Assembly (NCBI GenBank): GCA_038496445.1
Contig: JALMLS010000093.1
Coordinates: forward strand, 1-64,000
Length of the DNA: 64,000 bases
Origin: Trichosphaerium sp. ATCC 40318
Lineage: Eukaryota; Protista; Tubulinea
Reading direction: 5' to 3'
The stretch's first letter is position 1. The number at the start of each line of letters is the position of its first letter. Shown here piece after piece: positions 50,907 through 64,000 of the stretch. The translations under genes and the position numbers were made by a program. The notes beneath the pieces are model-generated. The model was not told where the DNA came from. It ran no database searches and worked only from the letters and a program-made list of their open reading frames with translations.

Positions 50907-51164
50907 GGAACATTCCTGGATAAGAACGAATGATGACCAAAAAAAAAAAAAGAGAATAAATGTAAAAAAAAAATTCAGAAATTGTTGGAGAGAAAAGTCT
51001 TTTTATTTCTGCTGTTCCCGACCACTATACTACAAAATGTTTTGGCTTGTGAAAGCTTGAAAGTATTTTACAAATATCCTACCATCTATCACAAGAAATA
51101 AAAAGGTTTCAAGTGAAGGTGAGTAGGTTCAATAAAAGGTAAAAAAAAATTTGTTGGAAATCAA

Positions 51165-51833
51165 TCAATTCTTCTTTTTTTTTCGCTTTTGTCTTATCCA
51201 ATCAACAGGATTCTTTGATTTTTGGATTGGCTCCTTTGTGCTAATGAATTGAGGAGCATAGGTAGTTCTATCTGGTGCTGGAGCGTTTTGTCTGATGGAA
51301 AACGTTAAAAATCTCATCCGACACTCTTGTTTATGTTGACGTACTTAGGGCCGCGCGTTGATGTGTTCGCGTGACCAAAAGCGTTGAACATCTCATGTTG
51401 AGCAGGACGCTGTGCAGGACGCGGTGCTGCACGAGGTGCACGCTGTTGATTGCCGTCCACGGGTTTGGGTGCTGGTTGGGCCTGTACACGTTGAGGTTGT
51501 TGTCTGTTGACAGGCGCGTTCGGTTGAGACGCTTTAAATAATTGCCCCTTTATGTTCCTGACGCCTAATAGTATCTTCTTTCGTAACTAGGCGTTCGTTT
51601 AGAAACATTGTGAAAATTAAACCCTTCCATACGCCCGGCTTGGTGATCTCCATGGCGTCTAAGTCGCTAAGTGTCATAAACGAAAAATACACCGTAAGTA
51701 TTGCTTACTTTGCGTCTAATTCACCCAATACTGCTATAGTATCAAATCCATTGTCCACAAGTATCTCTAGTAAGGTATTGTTGATAGAATTCGAAGTTGC
51801 CCATGACAAAACTTCTTGTGGTACGTCCTGCAT
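51165..51833 (-). CDS. SAM-domain-like protein with Pro/Arg/Gln-rich C-terminus
   Basis: LVDNGFDTIAVLGELDAN DLDAMEITKPG LRKKILLGV matches the SAM pattern; the start could alternatively be at 51908. Confidence 0.7.
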
Positions 51834-51919
51834 TAGCAAGCTTCTATTCACGAACAATTTGCGCTCGTTGTTAAGGCAATTCGAACCAATTTTGTTTAAG
51901 CGATTCATAATACAGCAAC

Positions 51920-52769
51920 ATGAGAAAGTTTGGTCGCTTCAGGAGTAAAATACGCAAAAAGGACTTGATTAAGTTCCAAATTGTCAGAGGAGACACTGTG
52001 AGTATTTAATATCCAAATTGCGCCAACCATTTGCTACAGGTACAAGTAACGGATGGCACAAGGGATTTGGGTAAACAAGGAACAGTAATGCGAGTATTTC
52101 GTAAAAAGAACACGCTACTAGTGTCTAGGTGCAATATGGTACGTAAACTATAGTTCTACGCTCAGTTTTATTTACCAAACTCAGCGCAAGCGTCATTTCA
52201 GTAAGGAAGCGCTCGCAAGTATGAGAAAAGAAGATCCAAACTCAGTACGCAACTAAAGGTTGTAATTAAAACTCAAAAATTGTAAAAAGGAACCACCAAC
52301 ATTCTACTACGCTGAATCACCAATGCCATACGTAAATGTGAAGATAATAGATCCTATTACAGAGTACAATCCAACCTCATCAAATACAGCAAAAAACAGC
52401 TTACAATCGTTCCAAGGAAGCCTTGTGACATAGATTACAAGTGGACTGATGAAGGTAAAAAAGTTCGAGTGGCTGCAGGCACAGACAACATCATCCCAAG
52501 CCCACCTATCGAGATGGACTTGAGATACAGATCAGTTGGTACGCTCAACATTCCATTCTTTAACGAAAATGTCATTTTTACACATTTGTAGAGGGACCAC
52601 TTGACACCTCGCCTGAGAACGTATTGAAGCGAACTTTTGACCCAGAGACACTCAATCCACTTCTGGCTGCACATTTAGAACATAAAGAAAGAGCCATTGG
52701 TACAATTTCTAGCTTCTTGTAGTCAATACTTACTTGTTACGCGTAGAGGAAAAAGTGTCTGTAGAGTAG
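51920..52769 (+). CDS. MRPL24: Mitochondrial/bacterial-type ribosomal protein L24 (uL24m)
   Basis: FQIVRGDTVQV..G..DLGKQGTV (KOW motif), ESPMPYVNVKIIDP, GKKVRV, GPLDT. Confidence 0.85.
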
Positions 52770-53034
52770 GGACTAGTGCAACTCATGTAACCGCTAAAAT
52801 CAATTGTTAAATGACCTACTATGTATATGCCAGCACTTTCTCGTGCTAATTGATATTTGAACCTGTGAAAATAAAACGGCTTCAAACCTCCCTGTGGAGA
52901 CCTACAATACGCTCAAGGCACTGTAGACGTGTAATTAAAAGAAAAATGACAAGAGAAGGCAGACGTTTACCAAACAAGAATTTGACGTTTGTTACGCCGT
53001 TAAAATTAACTTGGGCCTTGTACATTCATTAAGG

Positions 53035-54661
<1,627 letters not shown>

Positions 54662-54749
54662 TTGTTTAAAATAAAGTACATTTGTTTTTTTATTATTTAC
54701 AACCGTGCACTGGGATAGTTTGTAACGTAAGTTACAATTACTTATTCCT

Positions 54750-56745
54750 CTATCGAATTTCGTTATGCGTGTTAAAATAATTCGCCTTTGTTGCATCCGT
54801 TGCCATCCTTAATTACCAGTTAAGTAAGGCTTTAGAATGGTTTGTTTTTCTTTATTGTACGCACTTGTTAGGAGGAAAAACGTTCCAGAATCTAAGAGTT
54901 TCATCTCCTGCACCAGTACACACTGTTTTACCATCAGGTGATACTGTAAGGTAAACAGGACGACTTTTATGTCCTAAAAGCTGTGCTAGAGGTGTAGTCA
55001 TGCGTGGGTACGACCATATACATATTTGATTATCCGAGTAGCCGTGCGTAGACACCTATCAAAAAAGAACGTGTCAGCAAATCAAGAAGGAAAAGAAGGT
55101 ACTATTGCACTTACAATCTCATCAACATTTTTAGACCAAGCCAAATTACAAACCTGAGAACCAGTATCGACTGTGGACACGGATGAGGAATTGAGAGTAT
55201 TCCAGAACCGTATTGTTTTATCAGCTGTACCGCCACCACTTGCAAGTAAACCACGCTACTCTTGTTTAGTAAACGCGTAGACAATGTTTGTGTACTCACT
55301 TTGTGAGGTGACCAGGCAAGTGCCTTAATAGCTGCTGTATGTGCCGAATGAACTTGGCAAGGTGTTTCTAAGCTCCTACGATCCCATACGCATAGGTTAT
55401 TATCATTTCCACCCGATGCAAGCATTTCAGACCATTCTAATCCACAAACCTACGCAGGGAGTCAAAAAACTGATATACATGACAACCAAATTACCTCGTG
55501 CTCATGACACTTAAGCACAGTGCAAACAGCATCATTCTTTACGCGTATATCACGGTGCATAATGAGCTTATCTCTAGAACCAGATGACAACTCTACCTCT
55601 TTATCTCTCCAAGCGCAAACGCCAACACGTAGCTAATAAAAATTGTTGGCCCAAGTTTTATTTTTTGAAATCAAAATCCTGAGGCTTGAGCGTACCTTGT
55701 GACCTTTTAGCGTCCGGATTTTTCTTGCAGAGTCTGTGCTAGTATCCCAAAGCTCCAATTTACCTTTAGTGGTGCCCACAGCAAGGATATTGCCTTTTTT
55801 GCTCCATGAGACACAGCTGACAAGTTCTCCGTCTGTGTATCCTGCGAGCTTTACTACAGATGATGTCGACGCGTTCCAGAGGTATACGCATTTATCTAGA
55901 CCTAAAATGAAACAATTTAAAAAAAAGTCAGAAAATTAATGATTTTTTACCAACAGCGATTATATTGTTCGCTGACCAATCAACAAGAGATAAATAGAAG
56001 TCGTCCTTTAAAAAACGTTAGCTAGAGACGTTGAAAGAAGAAAAAAAAACTCCAAGTTTAGAATTCTGTTTTACCTGTATTTTTGGAGCTTCTAGTATTT
56101 TGTATGGGTAACTGGGTATCTAAACAAAGCGTAAGAAAGACAGAAACCCAAATTAGCTAGAGTACAAAGGTGGAATTTGGACAATAAAAAAATAATACAC
56201 GCCGTTTAGCGTGAATCGTGCCTTTCGTGGTTGTTTACGTGGTTTTGATAACATTCGGCGAGTAGACTCACTCAATGGTGATGATGAAAGAGTTCTTTGT
56301 TGTTTTTCAGGAGAGGAACCACTGTAATTCAGTAATGGCGCTCGCGTAGATGTACTTGAAGAAGGCAAAACTTCATTTCGTAATACGTCAGTGTACAGAC
56401 ATTCAGTGTAAGAAGGCGTTGGGTCGCCGAATAAGCGCCTGGCTACACCAAACCTTCCGTCTGCATTTTGTAAGCATGTTTTTTTAAACGTGAGTGTAAT
56501 ATTGTACCAGGTGATCCTGGCTGTGTCCTTTGTGGGATAAAACGATCAGGCGATGATATAATGCGCTTTGATTTACTTGGTGATGTTCTGATAGGAGACG
56601 ATCGCACGCGCTTTATAATCTTCTTTTTAGGCGATGTAGAAGCACTTTGCTGCATATTCGCCTGATAACCGTTAGATTGTGAACTATAGTAATTTGGCTA
56701 CACCAGCACTCTAAATACTTCCGTGGTGCTGAATAGCTTATTCAT
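54750..56745 (-). CDS. FZR1: APC/C activator CDH1/Fizzy-related (CDC20 family, WD40)
   Basis: C-box DRFIP, RKIPSYPYKILEAP..DDFYL, ASGGNDN, GAGDETLRFWNVF, and a spliced last exon ending ...HNEIR* (IR tail). Confidence 0.92.
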
Positions 56746-56905
56746 TTTGGCGTACGTTAGTTGTTGATTACAAACTTTCAAAATTATGACCCCTTGTGAA
56801 TGTAGAAGTGGATAGTGGCTGTTGTGAAAATCTACGGCTTAATGTTAAGTCGCAAAACAAAATTGATCCACTTATTTATCCTTCCAATCAATTCGCTACT
56901 TCAGC

Positions 56906-58925
56906 ATGAAAATCGTTGTAACTACGCCAGAGGGAGACATTTTTAGCGTTGACGTTGATCCTTCAAAAACTGTACGCTGGAATTCGGCTGTTATTTGGCT
57001 AGGATTACGCGCAGTGTATAAGCTAACGTGGTTTTGTAGGTATCTGAAACACAACGGCAAATAGCGACACAAGTACGTATGGTATTACGTTTATCAGTAG
57101 TAACACCATTAAGATTCGAATTGATGCCAATCGACAAAAGTTTACGTGGGAAGGAAGGCAATTGGAAGCTACTAAAACCCTTCAATCATACGGTATTACA
57201 GAAAACGCTGTCATAGCTGTTGATAGGGTGCGTTGTGTTTTTAAACGTTTTAAATTCCTAACATACGTCTCTAGATACCTCAATCCAGCTTCGGTACGCC
57301 TCAAAATAACATAAGCCTACCAGATGACATTCTTGGATCACTTCTTGGTAATCTATCTGGAACAGCTCCACAAGTGCGTCCATATAACTTGTACTGCGTA
57401 GAAAACCATTATTTAATGCATAACTCAGCCATCAACGCCTGTGATACCACCAAATCAAAGCATTTTACCTCCAAACACCAACATCTTGCCGTCAAACACA
57501 AATATCTTACCTACAAACAACAACATGTTACCAAATCAAACACCAACATCTGTTCCTCTCCGAGTTGTTCCTGAAATAATCCGTCCACCAGGTAATAATT
57601 TAAAACCTTCAAAAAGGAGAAAAACAAAAATGACATTGTTTTTTTTTTCTTTTCTTATTTGTTTGTTTTTTAGGTGAACCTAATTCAGTTGTTGATCTCA
57701 AAGTACTTCAAGAATATGTTCGTGCTAACCCTAACTTGCTACAAAGTTTATTACATGTACGTAACAACAAGCCTACACCATATCAAACTGCACTTTTTTT
57801 TTTTCGGTTCAACGAAGTTAAAATTCGATCTATGGCTTCGTATAGTTTGTTTCGCAATTTTTACAACCGCCAGCAAGATTACTTACGTGTACACAGCAAC
57901 ATCCAACAGTAGCAGAGGCAATTCTCTCAGATGATACTATTCTGCTTAGTGGACTCATACAACAAAACTATACCAGACTTGTAGCTGCTAGACAGAGAGA
58001 AAATGCAATATATGTACGCGTAAACTACTCGAATTTGCTTTTTCTTAAAACTTACTTGCTTATTCCTTAGAATCAAATTGCAGCGGATCCACTTAATCCA
58101 GCTAACCAACAGCTCCTCGCTTCAGCCATCCAAAGAGAAAATATAGCAGATAACATGACAAGCGCAATTGAACATAATCCCGAGTCCTTTGGCACTGTTA
58201 TTATGCTCTACATACCAATAGAAATCAATGGAGCGCCTTTACATGCATTTGTAGACTCTGGAGCACAACAAACAATTATATCAGATGCAATGGCCGAAAA
58301 GTGTAATTTAACACGCCTGATAGATACAAGATACGCTGGCGTTGCAAAAGGAGTGGGTACAGCGAAGATTCTCGGACGCGTACACATGGCTAGGATTAAA
58401 ATTGGCAATTCCCACTTTACTACTTCTCTTACAGTTTTACAAGATCAATCTATAGATTTCTTGCTTGGTCTTGATTTTCTCAAGAGGTTTCAGGTACGAA
58501 CTAAGTTGGCCGAAAATTTGTAAAGGCCCTTTACGCGCGGGTTATTTTAAGATGTTATGTTTCGCTTACGTGCTTCTCTTTTAGTGTTGTATAGACTTAA
58601 AGCAAAATGCTCTTTGCGTTGGAGAAGAGAAAGTGACGTTTCTGTGTACGCTGTCATTTTTACAAAACTTTTCTAAAGTTCTCGGTCTGACGACGTTCTA
58701 GCGGAAAAGGATTTACCTGTTAGGCTTAAACAGCATCTACCAAAGGATTTATCGCTATCTACTGACGCAATGGACGTCGATGAAAAGAAATACAAGGAGG
58801 AAGATATTAAAACTTTATTGAACCTTGGATGTAATAGACAACAAGCATTAAGGGCTCTACAACTAGCTGAAGGTAATGTTGAAGTAGCTGCTTCTATAGT
58901 GTACCAACAGATGGCTAAGAAATAG
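56906..58925 (+). CDS. DDI1: DNA-damage-inducible protein 1 (UBL - retroviral-like aspartic protease - UBA)
   Basis: N-terminal UBL; PESFGTVIMLYIPIEING..AFVDSGAQQTI; GVGTAKILGRVH; C-terminal UBA (ALQLAEGNVEVAAS). Confidence 0.96.
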
Positions 58926-59202
58926 TAATTAATTAAAGCCGTAAATGTACAGTGCAAAACCGAAATGTCCATAAAAACATTATAATCTAGTTTCTTTGCC
59001 GTCGCTTAGCATTCTTTTACCGACCATCATTGAGCTGGCCACTTATTAGGAAAGAAAGACGTCATATAGCGTTTTTCGGAATAAACGCCCAAAGCATCTT
59101 TGAGGATAATGTTAAAGACGTAAACGTGCGTGTAGTTGCGGCCGCGTTTGTGAGAGTAAAGTAGAATATCTTTAAAAAACCTCTGCGCGAAAAAAGGTAC
59201 TA

Positions 59203-59539
59203 GTCGTTTGGAAGCACGTTTCGCGAACCAAAACCACGCCAAAACGCTTCTCATACACGAGTATAACCAGAACAACGCTCTGTACGTGTTTTGAAATGTG
59301 CATTATCCATATTTGAGTATTTCAAGTGGATATTTCAGTGAAGTGTATCGACAATACAACCAGAAAACAGAAGTTATCGCTTGGTAACATGTTTTGCAAA
59401 CCAAAACATCACTGGATCGGCTTCCACGTATGTAAATAGCTATCACAAGCCTTTGCGAGCATTTTGAAATGTGCATTATCCATATTTGAGTATTTTAAGT
59501 GGATATTTCAGTGAAGTGTATCCCACAATTTATTTCTGG
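59203..59539 (+). repeat. Two tandem ~173-bp units upstream of ncRNA-B (shared with 21812-22146)
   Basis: atgtgcattatccat at 59296 and 59469 (period 173); near-identical to the 21.8-22.1 kb block. Confidence 0.9.
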
Positions 59540-59560
59540 GAAGAATTACGCTCTATAAAA
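59521..59560 (+). promoter_or_regulatory. DUSE/USE-like TCCCACAA plus TATAAAA box of ncRNA-B
   Basis: TCCCACAA at 59521-59528 and TATAAAA at 59554-59560, a type-3 Pol III promoter layout matching the U6 spacing. Confidence 0.75.
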
Positions 59561-59581
59561 CAAAACGAATTGCAACTTTTA

Positions 59582-59839
59582 GTAGCCTGCGATTCATCAC
59601 GTATAGAGCCTGTTACTATTAATTCAAGGACAGGCAGGACACTTCCAGCAGCTTCGGTTTGATGCCCGAGGCAGCCCTCATAGCAGCTGTTACCTTCGTT
59701 ACGGTACTTGATCTGGTCATCTAAAAGTAATTCCAGATACAGCACTTTCTAGTAGTAGAAAGAAAAGCATGAGACGCCTAGTTAGTATGGACTCTCGTAA
59801 CAAAGGGGTACACTTGCACCGTGCTAATGACTTTTTTTT
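59582..59839 (+). ncRNA. Unassigned structured ~255-nt Pol III-type RNA, copy B
   Basis: USE + TATA upstream, T8 terminator, helices shared with copy A with compensatory substitutions. Confidence 0.75.
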
Positions 59840-60094
59840 GAAACTTCTAGTAAATGTAATTCTTGTCAGTTAGCAATATTGTAGTAAACGGTGTTTACTG
59901 ATAGAACTAGACTCTTTGTGGTTAGCGGTCATAACGTCTCGAACCTTTTGAGGCTTGATTTGGCACTTTAGGCGTGTTCTTAACCGTGATTAGCGAAAAC
60001 CAGCGGTAGTGCTAAAAAGCACGTTACAAAAAAAAACTACTGGAATACAATTTAACAGTGTCAAACAGTTTTATTACCATGGCGTTCAAGCCTT

Positions 60095-61236
60095 TTACTT
60101 TTTATTACGAAGTCCTTTGCCTTTATGTTTGTTGTTTTTGTTTCTCTTTGGAGAGCTAAAGTTCTCGCTCTTTTTCCAATTCCCTTCCTTCTTTACAATT
60201 ACTTTCTTCTTCACGCGATAACGTTTCATCCATTGTTTGGATTGTTTTCGATCGGCTTCTAGGATCTCCAGCATGAACGAAGACTCAACAACAACACCAA
60301 GATTGAACGTAAAGTGACCTTCCTTCCTGAAGAAAAAAGGCATTATATTTGGATCACGTGCTGAGTGTTTGATAACGACTTTTTCAAGCTCTAGCAATGT
60401 CTTGAACATATGTTGAATTTCTACATCCTGCTGGAACAGTGCGATTCTACCGATACCAAGCATAGACTCGAAATCAGAAACCAAGAAATCGCCTTTTTTA
60501 GTAAGCGTTGGAGCTCTTGACAAGGCACGGGCCTGAGGCAAAAAACACCATTTGTTGTAAGAAGCTGTCAGCTCAGTTTCATCATCTGAACATTCAAATC
60601 TGTATATCCAAGTATCACCTAGTTTTACGCCTATAGAAAGGTTAGAGTGGTTAAGGCAATGAATGAAAAACAGAAAGGTTAAGCCACGTACGATTGAAGA
60701 GCACAGGAGGTACAAAGGCATTTAGTCTGAAGCCGTTGACGTCTAGGAATTGCGGTAACTGCCAATAGAACCAGCAGTCATCACCGTTAGGTATCTTTAA
60801 CATCAGCCTGGTGATAAAATATTCGATGAACTTGGGAGGGACTTGAGAAATCGAACGAATAAGTAAGTGTCCTAAAATAGAATTATCGCATATATTCGGT
60901 TGTTCTAGCAAAAAAAAAAGTTTGTACGTACTCACAGGCCAGCAATGAGCAGGTCTGGTTACGTCGCCGGTACCCCAGATTCGAACACGAATGCCTAAGT
61001 AGTAGTGATTAGCTAGCGTTCTCGTAGTAGAGGTTAAAGTACTTACGTTGCTCGTTTCCTTTTTCGATAGGTAATTCTTCGTTGATAGTTTCGTTTAGTA
61101 GCTTGCATACTTGACCAGCGAAAGCTCTTACGTTCAAAAACCGAAGAAGGTAAACTAGGACAGTTCTTGGCATGCCCAAGAGGCTGTATTGCTGATAGTG
61201 GCGTTCAATAATCGGTCTCTTCTGTTTAGAGAGCAT
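60095..61236 (-). CDS. F-box protein with uncharacterised C-terminal domain and Lys-rich tail; paralog of 22461-23666
   Basis: SLLGMPRTVLVYLLRFLNV...VCKLL fits the F-box consensus; the downstream exons align with the 22.9-23.6 kb gene. Confidence 0.8.
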
Positions 61237-61922
61237 TGATAGTATGTGAGTTTGTTTAACAAATGTTTGGAAGTGTTGTAAGCGTTGTGTGCTGTTGAGA
61301 ATAATGATAATTAAGTTGCATACCCGATAACCATTAGTGATACTTTGCAGTTTTTGAGAGCATAAATAGAAACAAAACTTTGCCTTTGAGAGAGACTTGG
61401 TGACGTCATGACAATACCTAAAACTCAAACCTAAGAATTCTTCAGTGTTTTTTGCAAATTTGAGAATTGTGCCGATTCTGTTTCTTCATAAGGACCTTGT
61501 GCGTTAGCAATGACTATCGTAGTTATGGGGAGCGTGTACCTACTGTGGCAACTGTCAAAACGTTCGAAAAACCAAAAATAGGTTAAACCGGTTACGATCA
61601 CGTTTTTTTGCCCGAAAATGCATCGAAACTCTTTGAAAGCAGCGCAAACAATCTCTCATAAGTAGTTTTGAAAAATGGCAGGTAGTATAAGCGTTAATAG
61701 TTTATAAAAGTGACAAAAGCTAAAATAACGCTTCGAACACGTTTTTTGACCGTAAACAAAGCAAAAACGGACCAAAGAAGCTTTTGACGATAGATTCACA
61801 GCGTGTCCGTATACTCTAACCGTTTTTGTGGGGTAAATAAACAAACAATCGCTATTTTTGATAAAGGCACATTTTTATTTTTTGTTAAGATTACAGTTTT
61901 GGTTTTTTTGTTGATTACTTTA

Positions 61923-63156
61923 TCACACATCATGAACATCTTCCTCGATTCCTGGACATTCATTTTCCAATTCTTCTTTGTTCTCATATTTACAAGAGCA
62001 AAACAGACAATATACATGCTTTTCTCTAAGACAGCAAACGTCAGTAAAAAACAAAAGCTATAAAGACAAGAAATTATGTTTGTAGTTGGTAGAAAGCCTT
62101 TACTACTTACCTCAGATATGTCAGCATTGCGGCATGCTTTTCGCTGCGCGATTCACTAGTAAGACTATCTAGATAAACTGGAACAGGCACAGGCTCCTCC
62201 TCTTCCTCTTCAACTTGCTCTAAAAGAAACCTGATTAGACGTCAAACGAAATTTCAAAAAATTACCTAATGCATGAAACTCAGCCAGTAATGCTGATGGA
62301 TACTCGATTTCAGCGTCCTCGTCAAGATGTCTTATCGTTTTTATCATTTGAAGGATCTGGTACTTCACCCTTAATCATCAAAATTAGTAAACAATACGGA
62401 AACAACTGTTAAAAAAGGAAGTGTTTTGAAGATACTTCTCGCGGTCGTCTTGTCAATGCTGACGCAATGTGGAGATCATTCACGTTTTATAGGGGTACTC
62501 ACCTTTTATCTTTAAACTGAGCCTTCATTCGTGACTGAAAACTAGATAAAGCAACACGTGTTTGTATTTGTTTTGTTTTCACATCAATCTTATCAAGTAA
62601 CTTCTTTTTTTCTTTTGAATAGACTTCTGAGACTGGTAACCCAAACCAGTACGTCCCATTTTAAGATCAACACCAATAGGATCTTGATGCTTAGGTCTAG
62701 TTTTACCAATCTTCATACCAGGCCTAAAGACATCGCGTCAAGTGCCATTCAACGAAAATTTGAGTTTCCCGAAAAAGCAAAAAATAGGAAAAAGTTCAAT
62801 GCGTTTTCACGTGATCAAAGACCCATTTTTTGATTTCTTACTTGTATCCCATCATTGCCAGTAACTTGAATCCTTTATTGTCGCTATCAAGTTTTTTTTC
62901 AAGTGCTGTTTCACGTTGTTTTACTTCTTGTTTTGCAATTTCTTTCTTTGTAAGCCGTTTTTTGCTGTTTATTATTCTTTTTTTTTTAATTTCTTCGTTT
63001 TGCGCCCAACGTGGTCTCTTACGTTTACGTGTCTTGTCTTTTACCTCTGCTGCTTGTAAAAAAGCATCTAAACGTGTAAATACGTAATATTGGGTATATA
63101 TGCTGTTTTAAATAAGTACCAGACATATAATCGTCTTCTGGGGCGTCAGAAGCCAT
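61923..63156 (-). CDS. GPATCH11: G-patch domain-containing protein 11-like (G-patch + DUF4187)
   Basis: MASDAPEDDYMSDAFL; NKGFKLLAMMGYKPG...DLKMGRTGLG (G-patch); LTYLR..HVYCLFCSCKYENKEELENECPG. Confidence 0.88.
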
Positions 63157-63476
63157 TTGGGAAAGAACGGAAGGATTTCCTGTTGTATCTCGCTCAAAAG
63201 CACCTAGCTACTTATGAGTGTGCCTAATTTTACAATGGTACATGCAACAGGACGCTTTCATACAATCTACCCGCGTAAATGGCTTAACAGTGCAGACTTA
63301 AAAAAACACTGAGCACTTTTTTTCGTTTCGGTTTTTCGAACTTGCCACCTCCTGTAGTAATTAATCAATTACAGCTTTCAATACGAGCTAGTTTTAGACT
63401 TCAGTTTATTTAACCAGTTCTAACTACAACATTGATGCATGGTCACGTGACGCGGGACAGAGGCTTGGTTTTTCAG

Positions 63477-64000
63477 TTATTTATCCCTAGAGAGTACCAT
63501 TTTATACAATTTATCAAAGTTTTCCAGCTCCTTTGTGAGTGCCTCTTCATCTTCAGAAAGCTCATCAATCTTTCCCTCGTTAGTACCATTGAAAAACAAT
63601 AAAACAGTACAAAATTTACTGTACATAAAAGTGATAAAGAGAGCGTACCTCGGCTTCAATATACTTTTTGAAATCATTAAACTTTTTTGTCCAACCGGTT
63701 TTATCTAATTATTTTGTTAGCCAGGGAGACGTTAGAAACAAACAAAGTACTATTACCTCCTGCGCTTAAGTAGCTCTTAATAAACCGAACATATCGTGTG
63801 AGAAGTATCGCTTTACGCACACATGCGTTTTCGAAATAATCAGTGTCCTTGAAGAGCAAATAAGTACAAAAACTAAGGAGTCTATTTATGCTAACCGTTG
63901 CTTTTGGAAATTCAATCTGTGTTGAGAATTGATGTTTCTCGTCTTCTCTAGTGACATACGAAGTACTAAAACATAAGTAAGGCGACACAAAATGCGAGCA
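63477..64000 (-). CDS. 3' portion of a hypothetical gene running off the window end
   Basis: Two open segments with coding-like composition ending ...YKMVLSRDK*. Confidence 0.4.

Noticed and set aside
54852-54870. FZR1/CDC20 apparently lacking the C-terminal IR tail
   Set aside because: A further intron joins a last exon ending ...HNEIR*, so the tail is present.
58155-58523. Retroviral/LTR protease indicating a retrotransposon
   Set aside because: It is the RVP domain of host DDI1, flanked by UBL and UBA exons, with no RT, integrase or LTRs.
59027-59745. Short ORFs overlapping the tandem repeat and ncRNA-B
   Set aside because: No coding features, not conserved in the corresponding positions of locus A, and better explained as promoter and RNA sequence.

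Overview
Gene-dense, intron-rich eukaryotic (protist-like, possibly amoebozoan) nuclear DNA, about 35% GC by eye. It uses the standard genetic code and has many short spliceosomal introns, so the ORF track shows only exon fragments. About 30 genes can be reconstructed, including a nucleoside hydrolase, lambda-crystallin/CRYL1, a dual-specificity phosphatase, PIG-B, RapGAP-C2, ATE1, a DUF5060/DUF4038 protein, GT64, mitochondrial L24, a MYST acetyltransferase, FZR1/CDH1, DDI1, GPATCH11 and several F-box proteins, plus a clear U6 snRNA gene. The main unexplained system is a module present twice (about 21.8-23.7 kb and 59.2-61.2 kb). Each copy has a 2x173-bp tandem upstream repeat ending in a U6-type upstream element (TCCCACAA at about -63). 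This is followed by a ~250-nt T-tract-terminated RNA gene whose two copies differ in sequence but keep the same helices through compensatory changes. Next to each RNA sits a member of one uncharacterised protein family. I cannot match the RNA to any known class. Other points: an ATE1 with an N-terminal UBX-like domain and an ArgRS-N-like insertion, several GC-AG introns, strong CACGTG over-representation, and two further structured intergenic elements. All gene models were assembled by eye, and exon boundaries and some ends are approximate.
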